Assembly (NCBI RefSeq): GCF_024521635.1
Contig: NW_026250416.1
Location: 248,001 to 312,000 of the forward strand
Direction: 5' to 3'
DNA: 64,000 nucleotides
Origin: Tricharina praecox
Taxonomy: Eukaryota
Positions 14,241-25,103 of this stretch are shown piece after piece. Both the position numbers and the translations under genes were made by a program. The notes under the pieces were generated by a model, which made no database searches, was not told where the DNA came from, and saw nothing but the letters and a program-made list of their open reading frames with translations. Each line of letters begins with the position of its first letter. The stretch's first letter is position 1.

Positions 14241-14605
14241 TCACAACTCCGAGCGCGCCAGCTCGAGCAGGGCAGGGCAGGGCCATGTATCGATCGATTA
14301 GGCACTGCCTACCGTACTGGTGGGGCACCCTTCACATGGCAATGAGCCCACCGCCACGGTATACCACGGCTTCCACCGGGCTCTAGAGTTTTTTCGCATC
14401 GAGGTTTTGACAGGAACCCCGGCGCCCGGCGCCCGGTCCCGCTGCCGGTACTGGTCCCGGCTCCATTCCCCGGACGGAACGGGACACCTCTAACGGATGG
14501 CTTTACATAAAAGAAAGGAAAAACGCCTCGACATCACATCACGCAAGGAAGAATTCGACCGCAACGTACATCGGACACCTCTCGAGTCCACTCCATTCCA
14601 GCACA

Positions 14606-14646
14606 GACACGGACACGGACACGGACACGGACACGGACACGGATAC
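14606..14646. repeat. (GACACG)n hexanucleotide microsatellite
   Basis: About 6 tandem units read directly from the sequence. Confidence 0.85.
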
Positions 14647-15139
14647 GGAACCATCCCATAGCAAAGTATGTACAGTACATAGGAAAATATCAAAGCTCCC
14701 GTCGCGCCCCATGTCCGGCGGCTACCACCAGCCGCGCCACTGCGGTGGGCTTTGCTTCCGGACTAGGTACTCGATTCAGTCTTTGGAGAACTACCAGCCG
14801 GGAGTGATGGGTTGGAAAAACGAAAGAGCGGCCGGCAGAGAATGCTCGTACGTACTCTACATGTAGCCAGGGCTACGGTACGGTACTTGTGTAGGTATAT
14901 GAGAAGCCGTCTATTAGGTAACATCGAGCTCTGCCAGTGGCCAGTGGCCAGAGCTACCAGAGCTACCTAGCCTCTAGGTAGAGTACTTGGGTATACGAAG
15001 GCACAGCCGCCGTCATCTCACGCACTACAATTGTGCGTGTGTGCGTGCGCATCCCACCCCATCCCGTTCGATATAAAACAAAAGAGCTCTCGTTTCAGAG
15101 TCAGAGTCAAAGTCGGAGTCGGAGTCGGAGTTGATCGGT

Positions 15140-15166
15140 GGGGGGGGGGGGGGGGGGGGGGGGGGG
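15140..15166. repeat. poly-G run (27 nt)
   Basis: Seen directly. Confidence 0.95.
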
Positions 15167-16543
15167 ACGGAGGGATAGTACCGACTCCGCCGTGTCCAAT
15201 GTTCATTTGTAATCAGACTCGGCGTCGCTGATGTCTTTCGTACAACCTGAAGCTTTCCGCACTCTTTTACTCTACACGAATTACTCAATTACTCATGTCC
15301 ACCGTCCACGGCGTTGTCGTCATTCGGTGATTTGAATTCAAGCTTATCTTTATATTGCAGCTGACCGCAACAACGCTACATAGAGTAGGTACGCTGACGG
15401 TGGTGATCTTCGTATGTACTATACTTACATATGGATGGGTGTGCACTGTGGTCGCCGGCTGGAGTGGTGCTTTACAGAGTGTGTTTACTGTTTACGTACC
15501 CGCGGGCAGCGAGCTCAGGCCACAAGTTCTCGGACGAAGTACCTATGTGAGCACTACTGGGCAGTGCGGATTCGATCACGGTATCGCATTCAACAATAAC
15601 ATACCGGTAGCTCACAGCTCGGAGCAATTCTACTATACTCAGTTCCTCACATGAGTAGAGTACATGAGTCACCAAGTCCCGTTCGTCTGCACCAATCTGA
15701 GCCATCAAACTCGAAGACTCGTCACTCGCAGTAGGTAACCAATCACGACAAAATTCTACATCACTGTCGTCCTTCGGTGGAGATTATAAAAGTTGCTGCA
15801 GCTGAACCAGGGAATCGTCTAGTACGGAATGCTCAATGCTGTCGTTGGCTTTCGGTGCATACTAAGTCTAGGGCTCGTGAAAGGCTGTTAATATGAAGTA
15901 CTTACCTAAATACCATATTTAGCAGTGTACCAAAGTCAATAGCATTATGGCAGCCATATATGAGGGCGATTTTGGCACAACACTCTTGACGAAAAAATAC
16001 TAATATTAGTATTTTTTTCCCCAAAAGTCTGATCGTAAAATAAGGTTTAGTCAGGGTTTTCAAATTCCCGCTCTTTTTGTTGAATATGGCTTCCACAATC
16101 CTGAGTGCAGTGAAAATCAGTCCCGACTCGTAAGCCTTCTGCAACCACCACTGGCCAGCCCGCCTTAGAAGCTCATAGAGGTTCCATATGGGTTCTGAAG
16201 GGAATTTTGGAAAATAAGGATTAGTAAGGCTTATACGCTCATAAAGATTCCCGAAATCCTAAGCAGCACATAATCACTTCTTCTGCGACAAGCCTTATCT
16301 CATACAATGCTTCTATAACCCTATATACCTAAAGTACTCTCCTTCCCCGCTCCCTAGTCCCCCGCCACAATTCCCATACCGTTCTCCACCCACCATACTG
16401 TGTCCCCCTACTGCTCCTCGCCGTGGATACCGTGTCACGTTACAGCTCGTTGTCTTCAACCTACAGCCGGTCAGTATTGTCATTTGAGTCAATGGGAGTG
16501 TGGTGGATTAATGGAGAAGCTGTCGGCGAAAGGAGGAGCTGCG

Positions 16544-16623
16544 GCGGGAGTAGGGGCTATATGAGAGATGAGATATCAGCGGGAGTAAGAGCTATATGAG
16601 AGATGAGATATCAGCGGGAGTAG
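16544..16623 (+). repeat. 35-bp tandem repeat x2.3 within a degenerate purine-rich repeat tract
   Basis: GCGGGAGTARRRGCTATATGAGAGATGAGATATCA at 16544 and 16579, partial third copy at 16614. Confidence 0.85.
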
Positions 16624-16905
16624 CAGTTGCGGGGGGAGTAGCGGTTGCGGCGAGAGGAGGTAGTGGAGGTAGTGACGCAGAAGCTGTGGTGAGATGAGGA
16701 AGTGATAGGGGAGCTGTGGGTGCCGAGAAGAGGAGCTGTAAGAAAGATGAGAAGGAGTTGTCGGCGTGAGAAGGAGGAGGAGAGGTGAGCGAGAGAGATT
16801 TTAACTTTTAACTGTAAAATAACCTTCATGAGATCTGTCTTCGGAAAATTCTGCGCCTAATTGAAGCCGCTAGACTCCTGTACGCAAGAGGAGGAGCTGT
16901 CCGAG

Positions 16906-16942
<37 letters not shown>

Positions 16943-19029
16943 TCTACAGAATTGACGATCAACCCTCAATCTCCGCTATCTTCTCTGCAGCGAATGCTAG
17001 AGCTCCTCTCGACCCGCCCGGCGACGGCATAAGAACGTTCGGAGTAGACTCAGTGCGCTGGGTGCGGCATCTCCTGCGTGGAGTGCCAGTGGTAGATGAA
17101 CATAAGGGCCGACATAAGAATTTCCGTGTCAAGCAGTCTGATTTTCGCATATACACTACTAACTTATAAGAGTGATAGAACCCATAGTTTTAACCAAGGC
17201 CCATTGAAGGCTTGTATAATGCATGTGAAGAAATCGAGTGTGTGGAGCTCTAAGGATTTTCTGTCTCGAACTGATATATCCCATAATGCTTCACATAACC
17301 TGCCATTTTCACGGTCATTATTGTATGGTAGTGCTGTGCATTTCAACAATGACGATATACGCCTGACGAAAGCTATGAGGCTTACAAAGTGACAAGGCCG
17401 ATTGAGGTGATGGTGGTTGTCGCTGCATAGGCATTATGTAGGAGTTACGATAATCCTAGGGAATTGAGGACATTAGCCTTATTTCAACGTAGCCCTTACT
17501 GAGGCCTCACGAGTTCAACGTGCTTATAATAGCTGGCTTATACGAGGACTGTTTTATTTCGTAGGCCTATCCAAGCCCTACATAAGGCTAACGACTTTAG
17601 TACACGGCTCAATATGGTATGTAGTGGACAGGACCCTGAGTAAAGTAAAGTAATCGGAGTCCATAACTTCATATCACCGCCGACCGGCGAGGTGCTTCGA
17701 GCGCCGATGTTACATCCTTCCGGAAGTTCTATTACTAAGCAAGCACTTCCTTGCACTACTCATCCCCGCACGATTTATCACTCCCCCACATCCTCACCTC
17801 TACATACCCAACCAACCCCTGTCCGTCTCCAGAGTCCAACAGCAACCACAACCACAAGCCCACAAGCGTCCTCGCCTCGCCTCGCCTCGTCCAACGTCGT
17901 TGGATCGCCCAACGTCGCCAGATCGAGGTTTTTACAGATCTCACCAACGGGCGTGAATCGACAACGTCCTTGAAGTTTGCGCTGCTGGGGTGGGAAATAT
18001 TTTAAGCGAAAGGATAAAGATGCGGGCGCCGGGCGGGCGGCGCGCGGTGGACGGTGGATGTAGTGCGCAAGAGGATAGGTGCGACGGGGTTAGGTAAAAC
18101 GCGTGAGAAGAATTATTTAAAGCAGAAATAAAATACCGTAATTTTTTTCGGAAAAATGTCTGAAATGCCATAGTTTTTCGACTGCGTTTTTTTGTTGGGT
18201 AGGGCACTGCACCGCCGGTTACTGGTAGTAGGTGTAGGTACTGCTTCGCGCGGTTTGAGTCTGTCAGGTTGATGCGCAACACGGCAAGCTGTTTGATAGG
18301 TGATAGGTGGCTTGTGCTTGGATTTGTAGTTTTGCTCTGCGCAAAGTAATCGTGTTCGCCGGAAGAACTCTATGCAGCGGCGATTCACGCGGGTGGCTAA
18401 TGTAATGTTCCTCGACTCTCGAGTAGACGGGTGTTAGAGTGGTGGTGGGTTTGTACTGTCTACTAGCAATATGTGTCTTTCTGTATTCGTTTTGAGTGAT
18501 TCACGTTGTCCTACTAGGTAGACGCAATAGTTGCAACTTGTGAGATACCTATCACAGGGATGATTGTGAAATAGAATGATCGCGTAGATACCGGTAACCA
18601 TTTCCCACCGCACCGCTCACGTTACAAAACTTCCATTTTTTACAAGAACAAGCATCTTACGACTGCATAAAACTGTATGCAATTGCGCCTTTTATATCCG
18701 TCAAACTGCGTAGCGGCTGCGGGTACAGTTGAGTGAGGAAGTCACTATTATACGCCCAAAGCCCGACGCATCACGTTTTCTCACTCAGATAACGAGCGAG
18801 TTTTCATGAAACTTCCTTTATCAGAGTAACAACTTACTAATTCCATAAGAAGTTTTGAAGTTAAACAATCTGTTTTTCTTCTGTTCCCGGCAAAGCTCAT
18901 TCCTCTTCTGCTCTGAGTCAGCTGACTGATTCACGTGAGAGAAACGACTGACATGGTCGTGTGAAGAAAACAGAAACAAAAGACGGAGCTTTACTTCAAT
19001 TTTCACTCCATGTCACCAGCCCTACTCTA

Positions 19030-19994
19030 TCAATAATCGTCGCAGGCTTCGGTGCCGTATTCGCTATAGCATGCCTGCCCGCCACATCCGTCTTCCCACC
19101 TGTCGCGGCTCCTGCACTCGTTCTTCTTGTGCCCCACCTTGCCGCATCCGTAGCAGCTGATTGCAGGTCTGCCGTTTCCCTTCTCGTCGTGCGATCCGCC
19201 GCCGGAATACTTTCCTCTACGCTGCTAGGGTCGATTGCCGCATTCTCTGCCGTTACCGTTGTAGCAGGTTCCACCCTTCGCGAACAGTACAGCGTCGGCC
19301 GGGATGCCATGTTGCCTGCGCATCTTGGCCTCGAACAACTGCATATGTATCAGGACTGTCTCTGAGTCCCTATCGTGCCCGTTCTCGTTCAACTTGCCGC
19401 CAAATGCGGTCCACTCCTCCGTCTCGGGGAGACCGTAAACCATGAAGAATGCGATCGTGGGTTCGTCCATCTTCATACCGCACCTGGCCAGCCGTCTGGT
19501 GATCTCGTGAATGGCGGCGCAGTACGCCCCAGACGTGCGGTAATTCACGAACTCGATGGTTACCAGCCGCTCCATGAGCAGGTGCATGTCGCTCGGGAGC
19601 CCGCGGTAGCGCTCCTTCGCAAGCTCTTTCCATAGGCCCACGGGATCCGTCATCCACTTGTCGTCCAAGTACTTCTTCTGCAGCTTGTCATCGAGCAACG
19701 ACAGCATGTTTGCGCAGGCCTTGCTCATGTCGTTCAGGTACCGTCGGTACTCAGAATGGTAGCGGTAGAAATGCGCCATGTACGCCGGATCCGCCGGATC
19801 CGCCGATTCGGGTGTGAGTGGATCCACCACACCCTTAGATTCTGTGCCTTCGGGTGGCGTGGGTTTCAATGGAGGGATCCCATTACCGGTGATGAACCCC
19901 CCATAACTTACTACACCCAGATTGATTTTCGCCGGCACTACCACTCGTCGTAGTTGGGCCCGGTGAGAAGCGGGAGTTTTGCGTCACTCGCCAT
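19030..19994 (-). pseudogene. Ty1/copia gag, disrupted
   Basis: Starts MASDAKLPLLTGPNYDEW* (copia Gag N-terminal LxGxNYxxW motif). A frameshifted KLWG/FITG segment follows, then a UBN2/Retrotran_gag_2-like core (LW..L..RY; L..CG..MDE; FMVYGLP..W). After an in-frame TAG at 19227-19225 comes a CCHC knuckle CYGCGKVGHKKNEC (19155-19114); TGA at 19032-19030. Confidence 0.88.
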
Positions 19995-20173
19995 CTTGTC
20001 GTTCGGTAGGTCGACGGCCGAAACTCTTCCAGCCGGATGTCTTGCTTGACGTTTGCTCCGTACGATGCCCCTAGTTGTTTCTGAGGATCAGACACACGAG
20101 TTCGATGCGAAATGGAGGTAGTACCGTTGCGAGTCGTTGATGCTCTTATTTCTGAGGAGACCAGAGTGCAGCC

Positions 20174-20185
20174 GGGCTCATAGCC
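20174..20185 (-). promoter_or_regulatory. Primer binding site (Ty5/Hemivirus-type, half tRNA-iMet)
   Basis: GGCTATGAGCCC directly after the LTR terminal CA, one mismatch from GGTTATGAGCCC. A second degenerate copy, GGTTACCAGCCC, lies at 20502-20491. Confidence 0.75.
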
Positions 20186-20379
20186 TGTTAATGCGAATGT
20201 GAAAAGATTTATACTCCGGAAAGGACACTGTGTTATATAGACAGTGAAAACTTTGATACCGATTAAATTAGGCTCTTGGTGCCGAGTCCACATATAAGCT
20301 CTTGATGCCGAATCCACATTTAGGTTCTGCTATCCACTGCCGATCACTCGGCCGCTACGGCGCCGCCGGAACCTCAACA
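20186..20379 (-). mobile_element. Inner copia LTR (194 bp, internally deleted)
   Basis: On the minus strand it begins TGTTGAGG and ends TTAACA. Blocks align with the outer LTR (for example AGCTCTTGGTGCCGAG and GACAGT(G/A)AAA on +). Confidence 0.75.
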
Positions 20380-20502
20380 TGTACGATGCCCCTATTTCCT
20401 AGGATCCGATACACGAGTTCGATACGAAGTGGAGGTAATACCGTTGCGAGTCGTTGATGCTCTTGTTTCCGACGAGACCAAAATGCAGCCGGGCTGGTAA
20501 CC

Positions 20503-20945
20503 TGTTGATGCGAATGTGAATTGTATTGATCGGCTATGCTGTCAAAGTTTGGTCGCCCGGAGATCTCAGTTAAGGTTTGGCGGTGGAAGAAGTCTCGACG
20601 GCGGCCAGGCAAACTCTGATGAGCGGGCCCGGCGAAGTCTGATGAGCGGCCAACTTTGTTGGGCGCTCAGTCATAAATAGAGGCCTTCGCCGTGAACGAT
20701 AGGTTCTTCTTTTCTGTATCGAATAGAATATTATCATCTGTTCACCCATATATTTCAACATATGCAAAGACAGTGTATAATACGGACAGTAAAAGAGAGT
20801 ACGGAGGGACACGTTGCGATAATGACCTTAGCTAAGCTCTTGGTGCCGAGGCCATAAACCTAGCTACGGCGATCTACGGCCGCCTACCGCCGCTGGCGCT
20901 TTATCACTCGTCACTCGGTGGCCTACCACCACCGGTGCCTCAACA
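20503..20945 (-). mobile_element. Outer copia LTR (443 bp)
   Basis: Perfect TGTTGA...TCAACA termini, followed by a degenerate PBS. Confidence 0.75.
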
Positions 20946-21869
20946 ATCCCGAGTCCGCAGGAGATCGTTTTCATCCCGTGTCCGTGTCTGTGTCCGTGAA
21001 GACCCGGAAAAAATCACCTGCTCAGCTGTGGTGAACGAGGATCCGAGAGATCCGCGGAGATGAGTATTCAGCAGTAACTAACCGGACGCACACCCTCACC
21101 AGCCGGCCGAGAAAATCCCATTGGGGGGTTTACATCCTACGATACTCCTGGTGAAGTACATGCTCTCCTCCTCCTCCGAGTCGGGAGAAAAAGGACTCGG
21201 ATTGACGCCCTCTCCGAGCCGAATCAGGCGAGAGACGATTCGGACGGGCGGTATCCAACCCCGCAGTCGGCGACGGCGATACGCGGCAATATCAACACAT
21301 CCTGACAGAACTACTAGTAGCGCGCGTCAGTTAACCGCGCGAACCACAGCCACCGAAAGCAAAAGAATTACAACCCCAACTAGCAACCGTAGGTGTATCG
21401 CCCCGATCTGTAGGATGAAGCTTGCATGATACAGCCCGGTTGAAGTTGTCGTCGGAATGGGATATTAATTTTTTGGCTGCTCCACGCCATTTTTTGGGCG
21501 GCGAAAAATCCTGTGCCTACTCTACACGCACTTTCCGGACGGCATTACTGGTAGATGACGGTGAATTCCCGTTCTCACGGGGTGAAGGATATTTAGTTCC
21601 GAAGCGGGGAGCGGGGAGCGGGGATCCCGAAGCTGCGGAATTCACCACTTTCGCATGGTGCTGGCATGGTTTCATTTGTGTGTACTCCGTACCAGTGAAA
21701 GTGCAAGCAGTTTGACCGTTTAACTACCGATTGGCTGGAAATCAGGAGTAAGCTGCAGCATGTGTAATTCCAACACCCGGAAAACCGACTGAACTGTTGG
21801 AGGGTCCATCCACATCTCCACTACTCCGATTACCGAGCACGGCCCCACTGTCTGGCTGATGCCGGGTCG

Positions 21870-22650
21870 AATAGCGCCTCGCCCGCTCTTGCAGTGAGGG
21901 CTCGCTATCCTCCTCAATCTCCTCCACCGCTAGAACTAGTCTACCCACATCGTTTTTTACGCAGGAGGTTCGGAATGGCCAGGCTACTTATCGGGTCGGC
22001 GGAGAGGGTGTCCGTCCGGGTGTGGGGGTGGAACTGTTGTCGACCATCTTCTATGGCCGTTCCGCCGCTTGTCACGGCGACTTCCGTCATCTTCTCCATC
22101 TGCTGTAGTGCTTGAGGAGGAGGTATGTACTCTCGGGCTTGGGTACAAACCGTGGTACGAGCACCACCAGCAGCTGCCGTCTCGCCGGCTTCTCGTCAAC
22201 TATAGATGCTCTCCAGCGGGGAAAGGTCCAGAAGTCAACCAGTAATAGCATGCTGCGGTGCGCTTCTCGGCTTTCACTAGAACTGGGCCTGGCTTTCCCT
22301 TTTTCCGGGGCCGATACCCGCTGTTGAGCTGACTCCGCTCGCAATAAGACCTGGCCTCCAGCCACATGTCCCACATCTTCTTTTGAGATGTGCCCGAGAG
22401 GCTGGCACTGGAATGAGACGCTTGCCGTACCCGCCGAAATGTCTGTGTGGCTGCGGGCGAGGGGTCGAAATTACGTCCGTGCGCGAGCGATCAGAGTTTG
22501 GTATGTACATAATTTTCAAGATTCAAATCCGACGAGGCGAGATATCTGATAGATCGAAACATTGCCGTCCTCGTTTTGCCTCGTACTGTGCGCCTCACTG
22601 GATACCACGCAACGACGAATATGTCGCTATTGCCGGTGGGCAGAAATCTT
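21870..22650 (-). mobile_element. 3' fragment of a LINE (Tad1-like non-LTR retrotransposon) ORF2, degenerate
   Basis: Translation ...YRPRKKGKPGPVLVKAEKRTAACYYWLTSGPFPAGEHL*LTRSRRDGSCWWC (22172-22161), then frameshift to YLLLKHYSRWR and DVGRLVLAVEEIEEDSEPS. This resembles the C-terminal Cys/His domain and acidic tail of fungal LINE ORF2. A possible RNase H remnant (W.PV...V.G) lies upstream. Confidence 0.7.
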
Positions 22651-23010
22651 CCGGCGAAGATAATAGCTGATCTCGAGTGTCCACCAATAGCAAGCTGGGT
22701 CCTCCGCCGTTGTGTGATCCGTCTTTCACGATCCCTAAAGTTTGTTTGGCACTTGCACCGCCGCAGTTTTATGGGGTCAACCCTCGATAAAATGTGTGAG
22801 TACATAGCTAAGTAGCTAACCCGTGCTCACTTAGTAGTGAGCATCGACACATCAACTTTCAATTATGTTTTCGGGGGGAACCCTAGGGCTCTCATCGACG
22901 TGCACAGTGCCACTAGCTACATAGAATCCCGTTATAAACCTCCCTTTTCGTCCTCGCCAACACTTCCCTTTCGTTCCCCCACCACCACAACACATCACGG
23001 TGAAATCAGC

Positions 23011-24817
23011 ATGTCTACTACATCTCCCGGAAGTTCTCCAGCTTCTCCAGCTTCTTCTTCTTCTTCTTGGAGTGAGAGCACTGAATCGGCTACCAACAAG
23101 AACCAGCGCAAGAAGAAGAAGGCGAAGGATGCGAAGAAGCCTCCTCGTGGGGTCAAGAGCAAGAGTGCTGGAGACATGAGCAAGAGTGCGAAGGACGCGA
23201 AGAAGACGCCTGACAAGGGGAAGGGCAAGCCTGTCATAGAAAAAAGATTCACCAACGCCCGTGTGAGCAACTTCGCCAATCAGCTGCCGAGAGAGGATCT
23301 CGAGGCCCTCATCACTAAAGCGTACGACAATACGGACGAGTTCAGAGGCGAATTCGCAAAGGTGGTCCGTAGTAAGATTTTGCCTCCGAGGGTCATCAAG
23401 AAGGAAGCACGTCCAGCACCCAACGAGGCGCTCGGTACTCTGGGAAAGCTCCCCGCCGAAGGTATGTACACACTTCCACCCATTTCATGACGATCAATCC
23501 GCTAACATGAATATCAGTCCTGACGAACATCTTTGAATTACTGCCTGTAAAGGACCGCAACAGGATGACCACGGCGGTTTGCAAAGACCTTCAGGAATAT
23601 CACTGGATCCCTTCTCTATGGAGGGCAATCGACTCAAGGAATATGGGGACTCGTGGGACTCTTTCCAAGCTGCTGCCGATGATAGATGCAAAGCTACCAG
23701 GGAATATTACCCATGCAAGCCTTTATCTCGAAAAGGTATGTATTGCATCATCGACATAGCGTGGCGCACAACTCTGGGGGCTAATCATGAGTTTTGACCG
23801 GCAGTACTATGGAATGGAGTTAATCAAAATCTTGCGTGTGCTGGTGAAAAGCCATAACCTAGAGAGCCTTACTCTCGGGGAGTATGATAGCAGTCTCAGC
23901 ATCACGCTGCTTGAACATCTGAAAGAGCTCCAGGAGGATGCCAAGTTTCAAAGATTGAAACACTTTATAGTAACAGCCAATCCGGTAGCTGTCACTCCGC
24001 GTCCGTGGAACATCCAATGTTTGGTTCAGCTTTATGAACGCTGGACGCAACTAGAGACATTCAATGTCGTTCTACAGACACGTCATGCGAAAACCACCAT
24101 GTCGATGGTGGATTTCTACAGGCTCGCCGGACGCAGCTCGTCAGATCCAGATCGATCCCCCAGGTAAGTTCAACATTCAACTCCTGCCACGCAAGTTGCA
24201 ACAGAGACTAACAACCGCACAGCAAGTCCCAGAACTACCTAAAGAAATTGCGAATCGGTGGCGTTACGTCTGTCACTGCCCAAGTACTCATATTTCTTGG
24301 AACCCTTTTCCCGGAGCTGGAGGTGTGCATCTTCGAGTGTGTGACAGGAATCGATCAACTTCCCTATGTCGACAGATTTTTCGATGCCCAAGACTATTAC
24401 GAGTTGGTGGAAAATCCGTTCCGCAGGCTGAAGACGCTCTCGGTCAGTTTCGACCAACATGGGAGAGGTACGGAGGAACAATCTGTAGCCCTCTCGGCCA
24501 TGTTTCTGTCCATAATTCACAACGCGCCGAAGCTTGAAGACTTCACGTACAAGTTCCAGTACGAGACCTACGGGCCTAGGCAGTACGCACTATTGGAGGC
24601 AGTCAAGGTTTGGAACGGCTACCGCGGAGTCCGAAGCGATTCCTTGAGGAATCTGAATATGTCTGGATGGAGTCTGGATCCTAACCTTTTCACCCATCCC
24701 AGCCACAAGTTGGTGTTTCCCAACATCAAGACCGTGCAGTTGAAAAACTGCGGGTTTTCGATCCGGAACAACGAACTTTCTACGCTGTTCAAGGACTCGT
24801 GCAAGGGTTCTCCCTAG
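23011..24817 (+). CDS. F-box protein with Lys-rich N-terminus and LRR/RNI-like C-terminal region, 540 aa
   Basis: Exons 23011-23461, 23518-23735, 23805-24163, 24223-24817 join in frame. F-box LGKLPAEVLTNIFELLPVKDR...VCKDL...PSLW; LxxLxL repeats (LESLTL, LKKLRI, LKTLSV, LRNLNM). Confidence 0.8.
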
Positions 24818-25103
24818 ATCTCCAAGGCAAGTAACGACAAGAGCAGAGACGAAGAACAGGACGAGGACAGGTAGGATTAGAAGGACGAGAACTACTAAAA
24901 AGAGAATGACTAGTATCGCAGTTTGATGGTAGGAGATACTATGAGGTCTTTCCGGCATTCTATCACTTTTCTCACACCGAAATAAATCTCGAGATCCCTG
25001 AATACTGTTTTTTCTTCTTCTTTTCTCTTCCTTAGTTCTCTGCTGTGTAGATTTAGACGGGCCTGTATCTTTACTGCGAGACTCCTTATGCGTATGACTG
25101 ACT

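Larger units (their letters stand above)
19000..20945 (-). mobile_element. Truncated Ty1/copia LTR retrotransposon relic: LTR-PBS-leader-LTR-PBS-leader-gag; no pol and no 3' LTR found
   Basis: Two related LTRs, each followed by a PBS-like motif and a homologous leader of about 120 bp, upstream of gag. Confidence 0.8.

Noticed and set aside
15900..16300. AT-rich minus-strand ORF remnant
   Set aside because: Coding-like but no family recognised; covered only as part of the island.
18400..19000. 3' LTR and polypurine tract of the copia relic
   Set aside because: No copy of the LTR termini found, so no TSD could be defined.
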